A stretch of 64,000 nucleotides of DNA from Candidatus Latescibacterota bacterium (GTDB taxonomy: Bacteria; Latescibacterota; UBA2968), in contig OZ220741.1 of the NCBI GenBank assembly GCA_965116885.1, positions 1,248,001 through 1,312,000 of the forward strand, in the 5' to 3' direction. The notes beneath the pieces are model-generated. The model saw only the letters and a list, made by a program, of their open reading frames with translations. It made no database searches and was not told the DNA's origin. The first letter of the stretch is position 1. Each line of letters begins with the position of its first letter. A program made the position numbers and the translations under genes. Positions 42,814-52,562 of this stretch are shown piece by piece.

Positions 42814-43104
42814 ATGCAAAATGATAAACTCGCGGAAACTGTTGCGGAGCAGGATTGGAAATACGGCGACATGCTCCGGGATCTGGGCACTTATTTTTTG
42901 CGGAATCCGAAACGATTCAAATTTGCGTTAAATCGCATGTCCCACAGACTTGATCTTCGTGAACTTGAGCAGTTACAGAAATTGAGTCAAGACCGAACAA
43001 TCGAAAATTCGGGGACATTTGAAGATCGGTTTGAGGAAATCTGCTGGGCAAAAGATCCCGTAGAAAAACGCGAACTGGTACGGCGGATGCTCCGGCACAT
43101 GTAG
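42814..43104 (+). CDS. Small hypothetical protein
   Basis: ATG after GAGAGG; fits the operon; no recognised motif. Confidence 0.55.
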   Translation: MQNDKLAETVAEQDWKYGDMLRDLGTYFLRNPKRFKFALNRMSHRLDLRELEQLQKLSQDRTIENSGTFEDRFEEICWAKDPVEKRELVRRMLRHM

Positions 43105-43125
43105 GTTTTATTACAAGGAGATGAA

Positions 43126-44397
43126 ATGGCACAGTTGCCAAATATTCTGGTAATCCTGGGCGACGATCACGGTTACGGCGATATCTCGGCACATCGGGGA
43201 CCGCATATTCAAACGCCGAATATCGATCGCATTGCTGAAAACGGCATTCGCATGACGCAGTTCTACGCAAATTCATCCGTGTGTTCTCCCAGTCGCGCGG
43301 CATTGATGACCGGGCGGTATCCAGATCGAGTTGGCGTGCCGGGCGTGATTCGCACTTACCCCGAGAGTAATTGGGGCTATTTCAGTCGCGATGCCATAAC
43401 ACTGCCGTCAATGCTGAAACAAAAAGACTATCACACATCCATTATTGGGAAATGGCACCTGGGCCTCGAACCAGAAAACCACCCGTGTAAGCGCGGATTT
43501 GATCATTTCCACGGTTTTCTGGGCGACATGATGGACGACTATTACACGCATTTGCGGCACGACCAGAACTACATGCGGAAGGACCTCGAGGTAATTGATC
43601 CGCGAGGACACGCGACGGATTTGTTTACAGAATGGGCGGTCGAGGTAATTCACGGACACGCCCATTCATCACAGCCGTTCTTCCTGTATCTGGCATATAA
43701 TGCGCCACACACGCCCATTCAACCGCCAGAGGATTGGATAGAAAGGGTGCGCCAGCGCGAGCCTGATGCCTCGCCCGAACGGGTGAAATACATCGCACTG
43801 GTCGAACACATGGATGCGGGCATTGGTCGGGTCCTGGACACGCTTGAGCAAACTGGACAACTCTCCAATACACTTGTGGTTTACACGTCAGACAATGGCG
43901 GCCAGCTAAATGTGGGCGCAACCAACGGCGATCTAAAAGGCGGAAAGGGACAGATGTATGAAGGCGGCATTCGGGTACCCACCTGTGCAATGTGGACAGA
44001 TGGAATCGAAAAGGGCAATGTGTGTGACAACGTTGCGATGCTAATGGACCTGTTCCCCACAGCCTGCGAAATAGCAGGTGCATCGGTCAACCATGAGATT
44101 GAGGGCCAGTCTATTTTGCCAACGCTGAGAGGAGAAAGCCAGGATTTCTCTGATCGCGCAATGTACTGGGTTCGAAAAGACGGGGGTCCCTCCTTTCTCG
44201 GACTAAACCAGCACGCGGTTCGGCGCGGCAACATCAAATTGCTGCACAACAGTCCTTTTGAACCACTGGAACTTTATGACCTGGGCAATGACCCTCAAGA
44301 GACATCCGATCAGGCAAAAACAGGCGCATTTCGGGAGATGGGTGAATTGTTACAAACGGAAATGCAGCAAAATGGCAGTATCCCCTGGCAAGCATAG
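43126..44397 (+). CDS. Sulfatase (Cys-type)
   Basis: CSPSRAALMTGRY, GKWHLG, NAPHTP, TSDNGG. Confidence 0.9.
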   Translation: MAQLPNILVILGDDHGYGDISAHRGPHIQTPNIDRIAENGIRMTQFYANSSVCSPSRAALMTGRYPDRVGVPGVIRTYPESNWGYFSRDAITLPSMLKQKDYHTSIIGKWHLGLEPENHPCKRGFDHFHGFLGDMMDDYYTHLRHDQNYMRKDLEVIDPRGHATDLFTEWAVEVIHGHAHSSQPFFLYLAYNAPHTPIQPPEDWIERVRQREPDASPERVKYIALVEHMDAGIGRVLDTLEQTGQLSNTLVVYTSDNGGQLNVGATNGDLKGGKGQMYEGGIRVPTCAMWTDGIEKGNVCDNVAMLMDLFPTACEIAGASVNHEIEGQSILPTLRGESQDFSDRAMYWVRKDGGPSFLGLNQHAVRRGNIKLLHNSPFEPLELYDLGNDPQETSDQAKTGAFREMGELLQTEMQQNGSIPWQA

Positions 44398-44409
44398 AAG
44401 GAGATCCAA

Positions 44410-45381
44410 ATGGCAATAAAAATGGTATTGCAGCGGGCGTTGGAAGATGAATACATGCAACAGATCCGCGACCTGGGTGTGGAAACAGTCGTGGTGAAGT
44501 CCGAAGAAGACATCTTGTCGGAAATTGGCGATGCAGATGCGTATTTTGGCGGTATGTCCCCGCAAATTTTGAAAGCGGCGAAAAAACTGCGGTGGGTGCA
44601 GGCGACGAGCGCCGGACTGGATGGATATTATTTTCCAGAACTGCGAGAAAGCGATTTGACGGTAACGAATATCCGCGGAATATACAGCGATGTGATTGCC
44701 GATCATGTATTTTCAATGGTCATGGCATTTGCCCGCGGATTGCATCACTATATTCTCAAACAGTCAGAGGGAAAATGGGAAAAAGGCGCACCGGTTATCC
44801 ATCTTGCGGGAACGACATTGGGCGTCGTCGGTTTGGGAGGCATTGGTCTGGCTGTTGCCGAGCGAGGCCCGACATTTGGCATGCGCGTGCTGGGGATGGA
44901 TCCAGCACCAAAGGGAAAACCCGATTTTATCGCGCGTATTTATTCCCCAGATGAACTTTCGGATATGGTCGGAGAGTCGGATTTTGTGGTAATTTGCGTA
45001 CCGCATACAGCACAGACCGAAGGGTTATTCGACACGGATATGTTTCGCGCAATGAAAAATACGGGCATTCTGATCAATATCGGCCGCGGCAAGGTAGTCC
45101 AATTGCACGCACTGACCAGCGCATTGCAATCCGGGCAAATCGGTGGGGCAGGCCTCGATGTCTATGAAGAGGAACCGCTGCCGCAAGATCACGCCCTGTG
45201 GTCCATGGAAAATGTAATTCTGACGCCGCATGTGGCTGGTGTTTCGCCCGAAATTGACAAGCGCAGAAAGGCATTAATCGTGGAAAATGTGCGTCGATTC
45301 TGCGCGGGAGAACCCCTGTTAAATGTAGTAGATAATCAGAAGGGGTATGTCGTAGATGCGACATCGATTTGGAATACCTGA
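44410..45381 (+). CDS. D-2-hydroxyacid dehydrogenase
   Basis: GLGGIG, INIGRG, LDVYEEEPLP, TPHVAG. Confidence 0.9.
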   Translation: MAIKMVLQRALEDEYMQQIRDLGVETVVVKSEEDILSEIGDADAYFGGMSPQILKAAKKLRWVQATSAGLDGYYFPELRESDLTVTNIRGIYSDVIADHVFSMVMAFARGLHHYILKQSEGKWEKGAPVIHLAGTTLGVVGLGGIGLAVAERGPTFGMRVLGMDPAPKGKPDFIARIYSPDELSDMVGESDFVVICVPHTAQTEGLFDTDMFRAMKNTGILINIGRGKVVQLHALTSALQSGQIGGAGLDVYEEEPLPQDHALWSMENVILTPHVAGVSPEIDKRRKALIVENVRRFCAGEPLLNVVDNQKGYVVDATSIWNT

Positions 45382-45396
45382 ATAAAGGAGAAAAAA

Positions 45397-46404
45397 ATGG
45401 CAAATTTTAAAGCTGGTGTTATTGGTTGTGGAGGTCGTGGAAAAGCGCACGCACGCGGATGGACCGCGTCGGACGACGTCGCGATAGTAGCGTGTGCCGA
45501 TCCGTTTGAGGATCCGCGTTCGGCGTACATGGCGGAATTTGGTGTTGAAAATGGCTACGAAGACTATCGCGACATGCTGGAGAAGGAAGACCTGGACTTT
45601 GTAAGTGTGTGTACCTGGACCGGATTGCATCACGACATGATTGTAGATGCGGCGGGCAGTGGGATTCAGGCGATTCACGCAGAAAAGCCCATGGCACCGA
45701 CCTGGGGAGAAGCAAAATCGCTGTATCAGGCCTGCGTGGATAACAACGTGGTCATTACATTTTGTCATCAGAGGCGGTTTGCCGGACAATTTATAAAGGC
45801 AAAGGAGATTGCAAAATCTGGCGCCATTGGCGAACTGCGGCGTTTTGAGGGCAATTGCCCAAACATGTTCGATTGGGGCACGCACTGGTTCGATATGTTT
45901 TTCTTTTACAATGACGATGAACCCGCCGAGTGGGTAATCGGGCAAATTGACGCAGAAGGTGGACGCGAGGTTTTTGGGACCCCGGTGGAAGGCAGCGGGA
46001 TTTCCTGGATTCGGTATCAAAATGGGCGCGAGGGGTTGTTGGTAACAGGTATTACCAGGATGCAGGGCGTTGCGAATCGGTTGGTCGGGAGCGAAGGGTT
46101 CATTGAAATTGGGGGCCGCGATGCTCGCCCACTCCGCGTTGTATCGGGCACCCAGGAGGTAGATGTGGATCTCAGCGGCATGGTGAGTCAGCGCGATGCG
46201 ACAACCGTTGCCGTGCTGGACCTCGTCGATGCCGTGAAAAACGGACGCGAACCCGAACTTTCAGGGCGCAAAGCACTGCAAGCAACAGAATTGATTTTTG
46301 CAACTTATGAATCGAGCCGTCGTCGGGGCAGAGTTGTACTACCTCTAAACGTGGATGATTCGGCACTGTTGAGCATGCTGGAAGATGGTACGGTCAAACT
46401 ATGA
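45397..46404 (+). CDS. Gfo/Idh/MocA family oxidoreductase
   Basis: GVIGCGG, EKPMA, DWGTHWFD. Confidence 0.85.
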   Translation: MANFKAGVIGCGGRGKAHARGWTASDDVAIVACADPFEDPRSAYMAEFGVENGYEDYRDMLEKEDLDFVSVCTWTGLHHDMIVDAAGSGIQAIHAEKPMAPTWGEAKSLYQACVDNNVVITFCHQRRFAGQFIKAKEIAKSGAIGELRRFEGNCPNMFDWGTHWFDMFFFYNDDEPAEWVIGQIDAEGGREVFGTPVEGSGISWIRYQNGREGLLVTGITRMQGVANRLVGSEGFIEIGGRDARPLRVVSGTQEVDVDLSGMVSQRDATTVAVLDLVDAVKNGREPELSGRKALQATELIFATYESSRRRGRVVLPLNVDDSALLSMLEDGTVKL

Positions 46405-47489
46405 AACACGTAACCGTGTACCGAGAAACGGAGCGGTTTGCGGGTTGGCCCGCAAATTACGGGGTGTGGTCCTGGGGTGACGAGATCGCACTGGGATTTA
46501 CGCTGGGATATACAGATCTCCAGGGCGGTTTTCACGCGCGAGACAAAGAGCGTCCATTTGTAAACATGCAGGCCCGGAGCATGGATGGCGGCGAAACCTG
46601 GAAAGTAATACCCATGCCGTGTAAAACCCCGGGAAATCGCGGATTATCAGCCGACGAACACATGAATGAGGGATTGCGCGTAGGTGAAGCTCTGGACGGT
46701 GAACACGGGCCGACGGATTGTCCGGGCAATGTGGATTTTTCGCATCCCGACTTCGCATTGATGTGCGCCAAGACGGGCCTGGGTCCGGGAGTCTGTTCCT
46801 TCTGGTACTATTCACAGGACCGATGCCAGTCGTGGAACGGGCCTTTCTATCTCCCAATGTGGGGACAGACCGGGATTGCTGCGCGAACGGATTATCTGGT
46901 GGATAGCGCGGATCAATGTACGCTGTTTCTAACGGCGAATAAGCGCAATGGACTGGAAGGCCGCGTATTTGCTGCGCGGTCTTATGATGGTGGGCACAAA
47001 TTTGGTTTTCTATCGTGGCTGAGTGAGGAGCCTGCGGGTTTTCAGATCATGCCAGCGAGCTTGCGTCTAAGTGACGGAAGTATTCTCGTCGCTGTGCGCT
47101 GCACGGAGCGCGGAGAATTTACAGCGTCTAAACACTGGATTGATACGTATTTATCCGAAGATGATGGGCTGACCTGGGTACATGTCGGTCGTCCCGTACC
47201 GGCTTCTGGTCAGGGGGGGAACCCGCCGACATTGACGCTTCTGAAGGATGGGCGGATCGTTCTAACTTACGGTTATCGCGCAGCACCTTATGGTATTCGC
47301 GCGAGGATCAGTGATACGACCGGAACCAATTGGAGCGAGGAAATCGTCTTGCGCGACGACGGAGGCAATGCGGATATCGGGTATCCGCGCACCGTTTTAA
47401 GGCCCGATGGATCACTTGTAACAGCCTATTATTATAACGATACGCCAGAAGGCGAACGCTATATCGGCGCGACCATCTGGAAACCCTGA
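46401..47489 (+). CDS. Sialidase-like BNR/Asp-box repeat protein
   Basis: SMDGGETW, SYDGG, SEDDGLTW, DIGYP. Confidence 0.75.
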   Translation: MKHVTVYRETERFAGWPANYGVWSWGDEIALGFTLGYTDLQGGFHARDKERPFVNMQARSMDGGETWKVIPMPCKTPGNRGLSADEHMNEGLRVGEALDGEHGPTDCPGNVDFSHPDFALMCAKTGLGPGVCSFWYYSQDRCQSWNGPFYLPMWGQTGIAARTDYLVDSADQCTLFLTANKRNGLEGRVFAARSYDGGHKFGFLSWLSEEPAGFQIMPASLRLSDGSILVAVRCTERGEFTASKHWIDTYLSEDDGLTWVHVGRPVPASGQGGNPPTLTLLKDGRIVLTYGYRAAPYGIRARISDTTGTNWSEEIVLRDDGGNADIGYPRTVLRPDGSLVTAYYYNDTPEGERYIGATIWKP

Positions 47490-47491
47490 AC

Positions 47492-48862
47492 TTACGCTTC
47501 CCAGACGTTTACACCTTCACTGTCAAACGCCGGGAGCAGGACAAAGTGATCCTCTGTCTCAATCATGCGCTCGCACAGCAAGCGATGATGGTGCGCGACC
47601 TGGTCGCGGTAATTGGGATCATCCACCAGATTATTCATTTCTCCGGGATCGTTTTTCAGGTCAAAAAATTGCCAGGGCCTGCCGCCCATGTTGTTCCCCT
47701 TCACGGTATATTTGTAATCCCGCGTGCGAAATCCCCGCCAGACTTCATCAAAAAATGGTGGCCGTTCTCGCAGCTCCGCAACAAATTCGAGCAAAACACC
47801 CTCGCGATCAAGCGCATTGACATCCCCGTGAATGAGGGGCGTTAAGTTCGTCCCCTGCACCTTGTTTTTGGGAACCAATCCCGCCAGACCCAGTAGCGTT
47901 GGAAACAAATCTTCGGTACACGTCGGATCTTTAATCACCGTTCCCGCGCGTTCTCCTACACGAGGGTCCCACACCATGAGCGGAATCCCCACAGATTCTT
48001 CATAGGGCCACTGCTTCGCACGCAAACCGTGTGCGCCCGCCAATTCGCCGTGATCGGATAAAAAGACCACGACTGTATCATCCAATAATCCCTCTGCTTT
48101 GAGAAAATCCATCATATTTCCGACATTGGCATCCAGATTCTCAACCATGGCATTGTAGCGCTTGCGATTGAGAATAAAATTTTCGCGCTCCGCAGGGTCT
48201 GTCACATTAAAATTTTCGGGTAGTACAATATCTCTCGCTTCCCAGGCGGATTGCACATCTTTGGGAGCTACAAAAGGATCGTGAGGGGGTTCCACGGAAA
48301 TGACCATACAGAAGGGGCGATCATCCGTGCGGTCTTTTATATAGTCCATACTAATTTGAAACAAGCCATCGGTCTGATACCCTTCAATTTTTTTCGGCGT
48401 GGGATTGTCGTCCTCAAAATAACAGGTATCAAAGGGATCATTGCGCAGTTCAAACCCGTACCATTTTTGCCACCGCCCCTGGCGAGAACGCGGCACCCGC
48501 GTGCGGTTGACCTGCACAGCAGATCCCAACCGCCCGTGCCCGCCATCGAGATGCCATTTGCCCACATAAATGGTTTCATACCCCGCTTCATTAAACTCAT
48601 CTGCCAGCGTGCGCTCTTCAGTGGACATTGCGTATTCAATGCCCGGAACTTTGCGGACATGGGCATATTCGCCAGTCATTAGTGTAAATCGAAAAGGCAC
48701 GCAGATCGGATACGTGGAGCACGCATTGTCAAATCGAACCCCCTGTTGTGCAAAGGCATCCAGATGCGGTGTGCGCGCATCCGGATCACCGTGAATTCCG
48801 AGAGCCTGTCGGCGCAACTGGTCACTCAATAAAACGATCAGGTTTGGCATAATCCGCTCCAT
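47492..48862 (-). CDS. Sulfatase (Cys-type)
   Basis: SDQLR, CVPFR, GKWHL, PPHDP, SDHG. Confidence 0.88.
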   Translation of the reverse strand: MERIMPNLIVLLSDQLRRQALGIHGDPDARTPHLDAFAQQGVRFDNACSTYPICVPFRFTLMTGEYAHVRKVPGIEYAMSTEERTLADEFNEAGYETIYVGKWHLDGGHGRLGSAVQVNRTRVPRSRQGRWQKWYGFELRNDPFDTCYFEDDNPTPKKIEGYQTDGLFQISMDYIKDRTDDRPFCMVISVEPPHDPFVAPKDVQSAWEARDIVLPENFNVTDPAERENFILNRKRYNAMVENLDANVGNMMDFLKAEGLLDDTVVVFLSDHGELAGAHGLRAKQWPYEESVGIPLMVWDPRVGERAGTVIKDPTCTEDLFPTLLGLAGLVPKNKVQGTNLTPLIHGDVNALDREGVLLEFVAELRERPPFFDEVWRGFRTRDYKYTVKGNNMGGRPWQFFDLKNDPGEMNNLVDDPNYRDQVAHHHRLLCERMIETEDHFVLLPAFDSEGVNVWEA

Positions 48863-48882
48863 TTATACATGAAAATTTATCC

Positions 48883-49509
48883 CTATAATTCAAGTGCCCG
48901 CCACATGTACCAGCTTCCCACTGAGCGATAAGGTCTCCACCGCTCGCAATAGACCACCATTTCCTTCTCTGCTGGCAACTCGTCCAACCCATAAGTAAGC
49001 ATAAATCCTTTGCGTACCCCCAGATCTTTTGTCGGGAGTACATCTGGCCTACCGAGATGAAACATCAGAAGCATTTGAACAGTCCACTCTCCAATGCCCC
49101 GCACTTGTGTGAGATTTTCTACAATATCGGCATCCGACATTTCCCGAAGGCGTGAACCCGGGGGAATTACCCCATCCATAGTTTTTTGTGCGAGATCATT
49201 TACTGCGGCTACTTTTGCCCGGGACATGCCCGCATTGCGAAGCACCTGGTCATCCATCGCAAGTACTTGATTTGGGTTGATCTTTCCCCCAGAAAACAGG
49301 GCACGCACCCGTTTGTGAATCGCGGCAGCTGCTTTTCCTGAGAGTTGTTGATAGATAATCGACCGCAGAAGCGCATCAAAAGGGTTTACTTGTTCTGGTA
49401 AATCAAGGGTTATTGGCCCTGCCTGCTCAATTAATCGACCGAGTGTGCGATCATTTTTGCCCAATACACGCATTGCTTTTTGAGAATCATAACTCTGCAC
49501 CTCTATCAT
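48883..49509 (-). CDS. DNA-3-methyladenine glycosylase II (AlkA/HhH-GPD family)
   Basis: IIYQQLSGKAA, VRGIGEWT, RPDVLP..DLG, WRPYRS; start moved to ATG 49509. Confidence 0.88.
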   Translation of the reverse strand: MIEVQSYDSQKAMRVLGKNDRTLGRLIEQAGPITLDLPEQVNPFDALLRSIIYQQLSGKAAAAIHKRVRALFSGGKINPNQVLAMDDQVLRNAGMSRAKVAAVNDLAQKTMDGVIPPGSRLREMSDADIVENLTQVRGIGEWTVQMLLMFHLGRPDVLPTKDLGVRKGFMLTYGLDELPAEKEMVVYCERWRPYRSVGSWYMWRALEL

Positions 49510-49624
49510 CTCCTGTAAATAATTGTTGAGATAGCCTACCTGACGACATAGAACAATAATAAACATATTTACAAAAAAATAGAAAATTCTCCGTCAACCT
49601 GATATACCTATCAACAGCAGATTT

Positions 49625-49995
49625 CCCCAATGTGGATAACTCAATTCCCTCACCGTTAAATAAAAAAATTAAAACTCATTGATTTTTAAAGAGAAAGATG
49701 GCCTGTGCACAGATCTGTGCACAAGTTTTGGGATGTGGAAAAGAATCTGGATATATTGTGGATTATTTGTGTAAAAAAGATATCCACATGCTCAAGTGTG
49801 GAAAACCACACTATTTTTCCACACTTTTTGCACACAGAAATACACAATGTCAAATTGGCAGAATTTTTTTATCCCCCTGTTTTCCCGCGGGTTGTTCTTT
49901 TTTTTTCACATTTTCCACAGAATTCACAGTGTTATTATTATTATCGTATATTACAGCCTATATTTTTATTCTATTAAAAATATAAACAGAAATTG
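49625..49995. other. oriC: Chromosomal replication origin (oriC)
   Basis: At least 10 DnaA-box-like 9-mers (TGTGGATAA 49631; TGTGGAAAA 49734 and 49797; TTTTCCACA 49815 and 49911; others), then TTA repeats and an AT-rich tract; directly downstream of dnaA. Confidence 0.88.
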
Positions 49996-50040
49996 TGAGT
50001 AAATCACGACCTGGACATCTAAAACAGGAATATAATGAAT

Positions 50041-50075
50041 AAAAATAAACCCCAGACGCTCATAGAGATCTGGGG
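50041..50075 (-). terminator. Probable dnaA terminator
   Basis: CCCCAGA...TCTGGGG stem with a T-rich tail on the minus strand. Confidence 0.55.
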
Positions 50076-50122
50076 CATATATTTAAATTTATAGGCTTAT
50101 GCCATTACTCGGCTATTACTCC

Positions 50123-51505
50123 TTAACTTACGATATGATCTTGTAGTTCACTGACAAGATGTTCAAATTCTGGATCTGATGATATTTTGTTCTCGACGCT
50201 CCGACAAGCGTGAATAACTGTGCTGTGATCCCGATTTCCAAATTGTACACCAATGGTTTTAAGTGGAGCACCTGTAAGAGATTTGCTCAAATACATGCTC
50301 ACATGCCGGGCTGTTGCCACATCTTGCTTTCGAGTCGCACCAATCAGTTTATCTAAAGGTATTTCAAAAAAGTGAGCCGCAGCTTTTTGAATGCTCTCAA
50401 TAGTAACAGTTGGTTTGGTCTTTTGCGGCGGGCTTAGAAGAGTCTTTCGCGCTGTTTCAATCGTAAGTGGATAGCGTTGTAATTTAGTAAAGGCCACCAG
50501 GCGTTTTAATGCACCTTCAAGCTCGCGGATGTTGGTATGGATCTGTTCAGCTAAGAAACTGGCAATTTCGTGAGACAATGAAATACCCATTTCTTCTGCT
50601 TTCCGCATTAAAATTGCCACGCGCGTGGAAAGGTCCGGTGCTTCAATATTTGTAACCAGACCCCATTGAAATCGAGAAATCAACCGATCTTCAAACCCTT
50701 TGAGATGAGATGGCGGGCGATCGGAACTGATGATGATCTGTTTATCCGCTTGAAATAGGGCATTAAATGTATGGATAAACTCTCTTTGGCAACCTTCGGT
50801 TTTCACATAATACTGGATGTCATCAACCAGCAACACATCCGCCTGACGATAGATTTGATAGAAATTAGAGATTGTTCCGCGATTGACTCCTTCTAAATAG
50901 TCCGTGAGAAACTGTTGTGCAGTAACATAAACCACCCGTTGAGCTGTCCCCATTTCGATACAGTATGCACCAATAGCCTGTAGCAGGTGGGTTTTTCCCA
51001 ATCCAACACCGCTATAAAGGACAAGGGGATTAAAAGCTGTTTGTCCAGGCGACTCTGCTGTGGCTTTTGCAGCGGAAAACGACACTTCATTGCTTTCGCC
51101 AACAACAAAATTGTCAAACCGATACCGTGGGTTGAGTGGAAATACGGGTTGGACAGGTCCAGGCTGAAGAGAAGGTCCAGCAGATACAGGATCAAGAGAT
51201 GTTTCCTCCATGAATTCGGGACCCTGTGTCACGGGAAGTGCCATTTGTTGATGAGTATCACCAACGGCAAAACTTATGCGTGGATTCCAGGTAAAAACTT
51301 CCTGGATGGTCGTTTTGATCAACCCGATATAATTTTGTTCTAACCAATCGGCATAAATTCTCTCGGGCACCACCAGAATAGCTTCTTCGGAGGTAAATTG
51401 CCGCGCCGTAATTGGAGCGAACCAGGTTTCAAAACTTTGAACCTGTATTTTTTCCTGGATGGCGTGGAGACACCGGTTCCATAAGTTAGAAGAGCGTTCA
51501 TCCAT
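50123..51505 (-). CDS. dnaA: Chromosomal replication initiator DnaA
   Basis: LNPRYRFDNFVVG, FNPL, GLGKTHL, VDDIQ, NIRELEGAL, RDHSTVIHA. Confidence 0.97.
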   Translation of the reverse strand: MDERSSNLWNRCLHAIQEKIQVQSFETWFAPITARQFTSEEAILVVPERIYADWLEQNYIGLIKTTIQEVFTWNPRISFAVGDTHQQMALPVTQGPEFMEETSLDPVSAGPSLQPGPVQPVFPLNPRYRFDNFVVGESNEVSFSAAKATAESPGQTAFNPLVLYSGVGLGKTHLLQAIGAYCIEMGTAQRVVYVTAQQFLTDYLEGVNRGTISNFYQIYRQADVLLVDDIQYYVKTEGCQREFIHTFNALFQADKQIIISSDRPPSHLKGFEDRLISRFQWGLVTNIEAPDLSTRVAILMRKAEEMGISLSHEIASFLAEQIHTNIRELEGALKRLVAFTKLQRYPLTIETARKTLLSPPQKTKPTVTIESIQKAAAHFFEIPLDKLIGATRKQDVATARHVSMYLSKSLTGAPLKTIGVQFGNRDHSTVIHACRSVENKISSDPEFEHLVSELQDHIVS

Positions 51506-51774
51506 AGTGCGAATATCCGTCTATGGCTCGCAAACACGCGCCAACTAAGGGAAATACCATGAGAATGGTTAAAGCGTTGGAAACCGTTGTCTGAGGAATC
51601 CGAATATAAGGGAGGTTGATTTCGGTTCAGAACCCGAAGGCTCTCAATTGAGGGGGGAAATTGAAAGTATTCTGAAATTTTGAAATCGAAATATTTCGGT
51701 TATTCTTAACAGCAGACTACGGTGGGGGAATCCACTTCAAAAGTGAATTTCAAAAGATTCTGAAAGCTAATCGA

Positions 51775-51871
51775 AAACTAAGCAATGAAATAAATGGTGT
51801 CAAGAGTGTTTTGATGGAAGACAAATAATAATAAACATTTGAAAAATAGTAAAATAATAGTAAAAAGTCAA
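51775..51871 (-). promoter_or_regulatory. Two candidate dnaA promoters
   Basis: Minus strand TTGACA(51803-51798)-17-TAGTTT and TTGACT(51871-51866)-17-TATTTT. Confidence 0.5.
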
Positions 51872-51910
51872 TATATAGTGTACAAAAAAAGTGTACACTA
51901 TATATAGTAG
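51866..51910. promoter_or_regulatory. Tandem NrdR-box-like sites
   Basis: AGTCAATATATAGTGT (51866) and ACACTATATATAGTAG (51895) compared with consensus acaCwAtATaTwGtgt. Confidence 0.6.
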
Positions 51911-51946
51911 TGTAACCAGAGGACTGTCCTATCAAAATGAAATCCC

Positions 51947-51975
51947 TTGACAAAGCAGATATGCACCTCTATATT
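51947..51975 (+). promoter_or_regulatory. sigma70 promoter of the rpmH operon
   Basis: TTGACA-17 bp-TATATT. Confidence 0.75.
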
Positions 51976-52030
51976 CCAAACTCTCTGTCGATATAGATAA
52001 TTGAAATTTTTGTAGATACGGAGTAGTTTG

Positions 52031-52165
52031 ATGAAACGCACGTTTCAACCACATAATCGCAAGCGCAAAAATAAACACGGTTTTCGCGCTCGCATGAGTT
52101 CTCCCGGTGGTCGCCATGTGCTGAATAGACGGCGCCGAAAGGGTCGCAGGCAGCTATCGCACTGA
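52031..52165 (+). CDS. rpmH: 50S ribosomal protein L34 (missing from the ORF track)
   Basis: Translated by hand: [44 protein letters not shown]. Confidence 0.97.
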   Translation: MKRTFQPHNRKRKNKHGFRARMSSPGGRHVLNRRRRKGRRQLSH

Positions 52166-52179
52166 TATGTAGGTGTGTT

Positions 52180-52509
52180 ATGGGAACACCCAACCTACGC
52201 ATTCGACGCGAAATTGCGAAAATTCGACAGCACGGTCAAATTTTTCGTGGGCGTTGGGTTCATGTTCGGATTGGTACTTCCGAGATGGATCTAACGCTCA
52301 TTTCAATTCGGAAAAAATTTGGAAACGCAGTTCGGCGCAATCGCATCCGCCGACAAGTACGAGCAATATGTTCCGAACTAATACCTTCAGGTCATCCTCA
52401 CTGTCTGATGAGTATCTCTATAGGAGATCACGCTTCCGGTGTCTCTTATGGCCAACTCCGTCTTGAACTACACCTCGCATTTCAAAAACTCGGTCTTATC
52501 GACCCCTGA
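52180..52509 (+). CDS. rnpA: Ribonuclease P protein component
   Basis: RKKFGNAVRRNRIRR (RNR motif); follows rpmH. Confidence 0.9.
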   Translation: MGTPNLRIRREIAKIRQHGQIFRGRWVHVRIGTSEMDLTLISIRKKFGNAVRRNRIRRQVRAICSELIPSGHPHCLMSISIGDHASGVSYGQLRLELHLAFQKLGLIDP

Positions 52510-52562
52510 TTCGTTTTTGCAATCCCTTCCTTTATTATTCTCTGTTTAGAAAGACTGAATTT

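Noticed and set aside
49698..50002. Short ORFs within oriC
   Set aside because: AT-rich DnaA-box region; the translations are F/I/Y-rich noise
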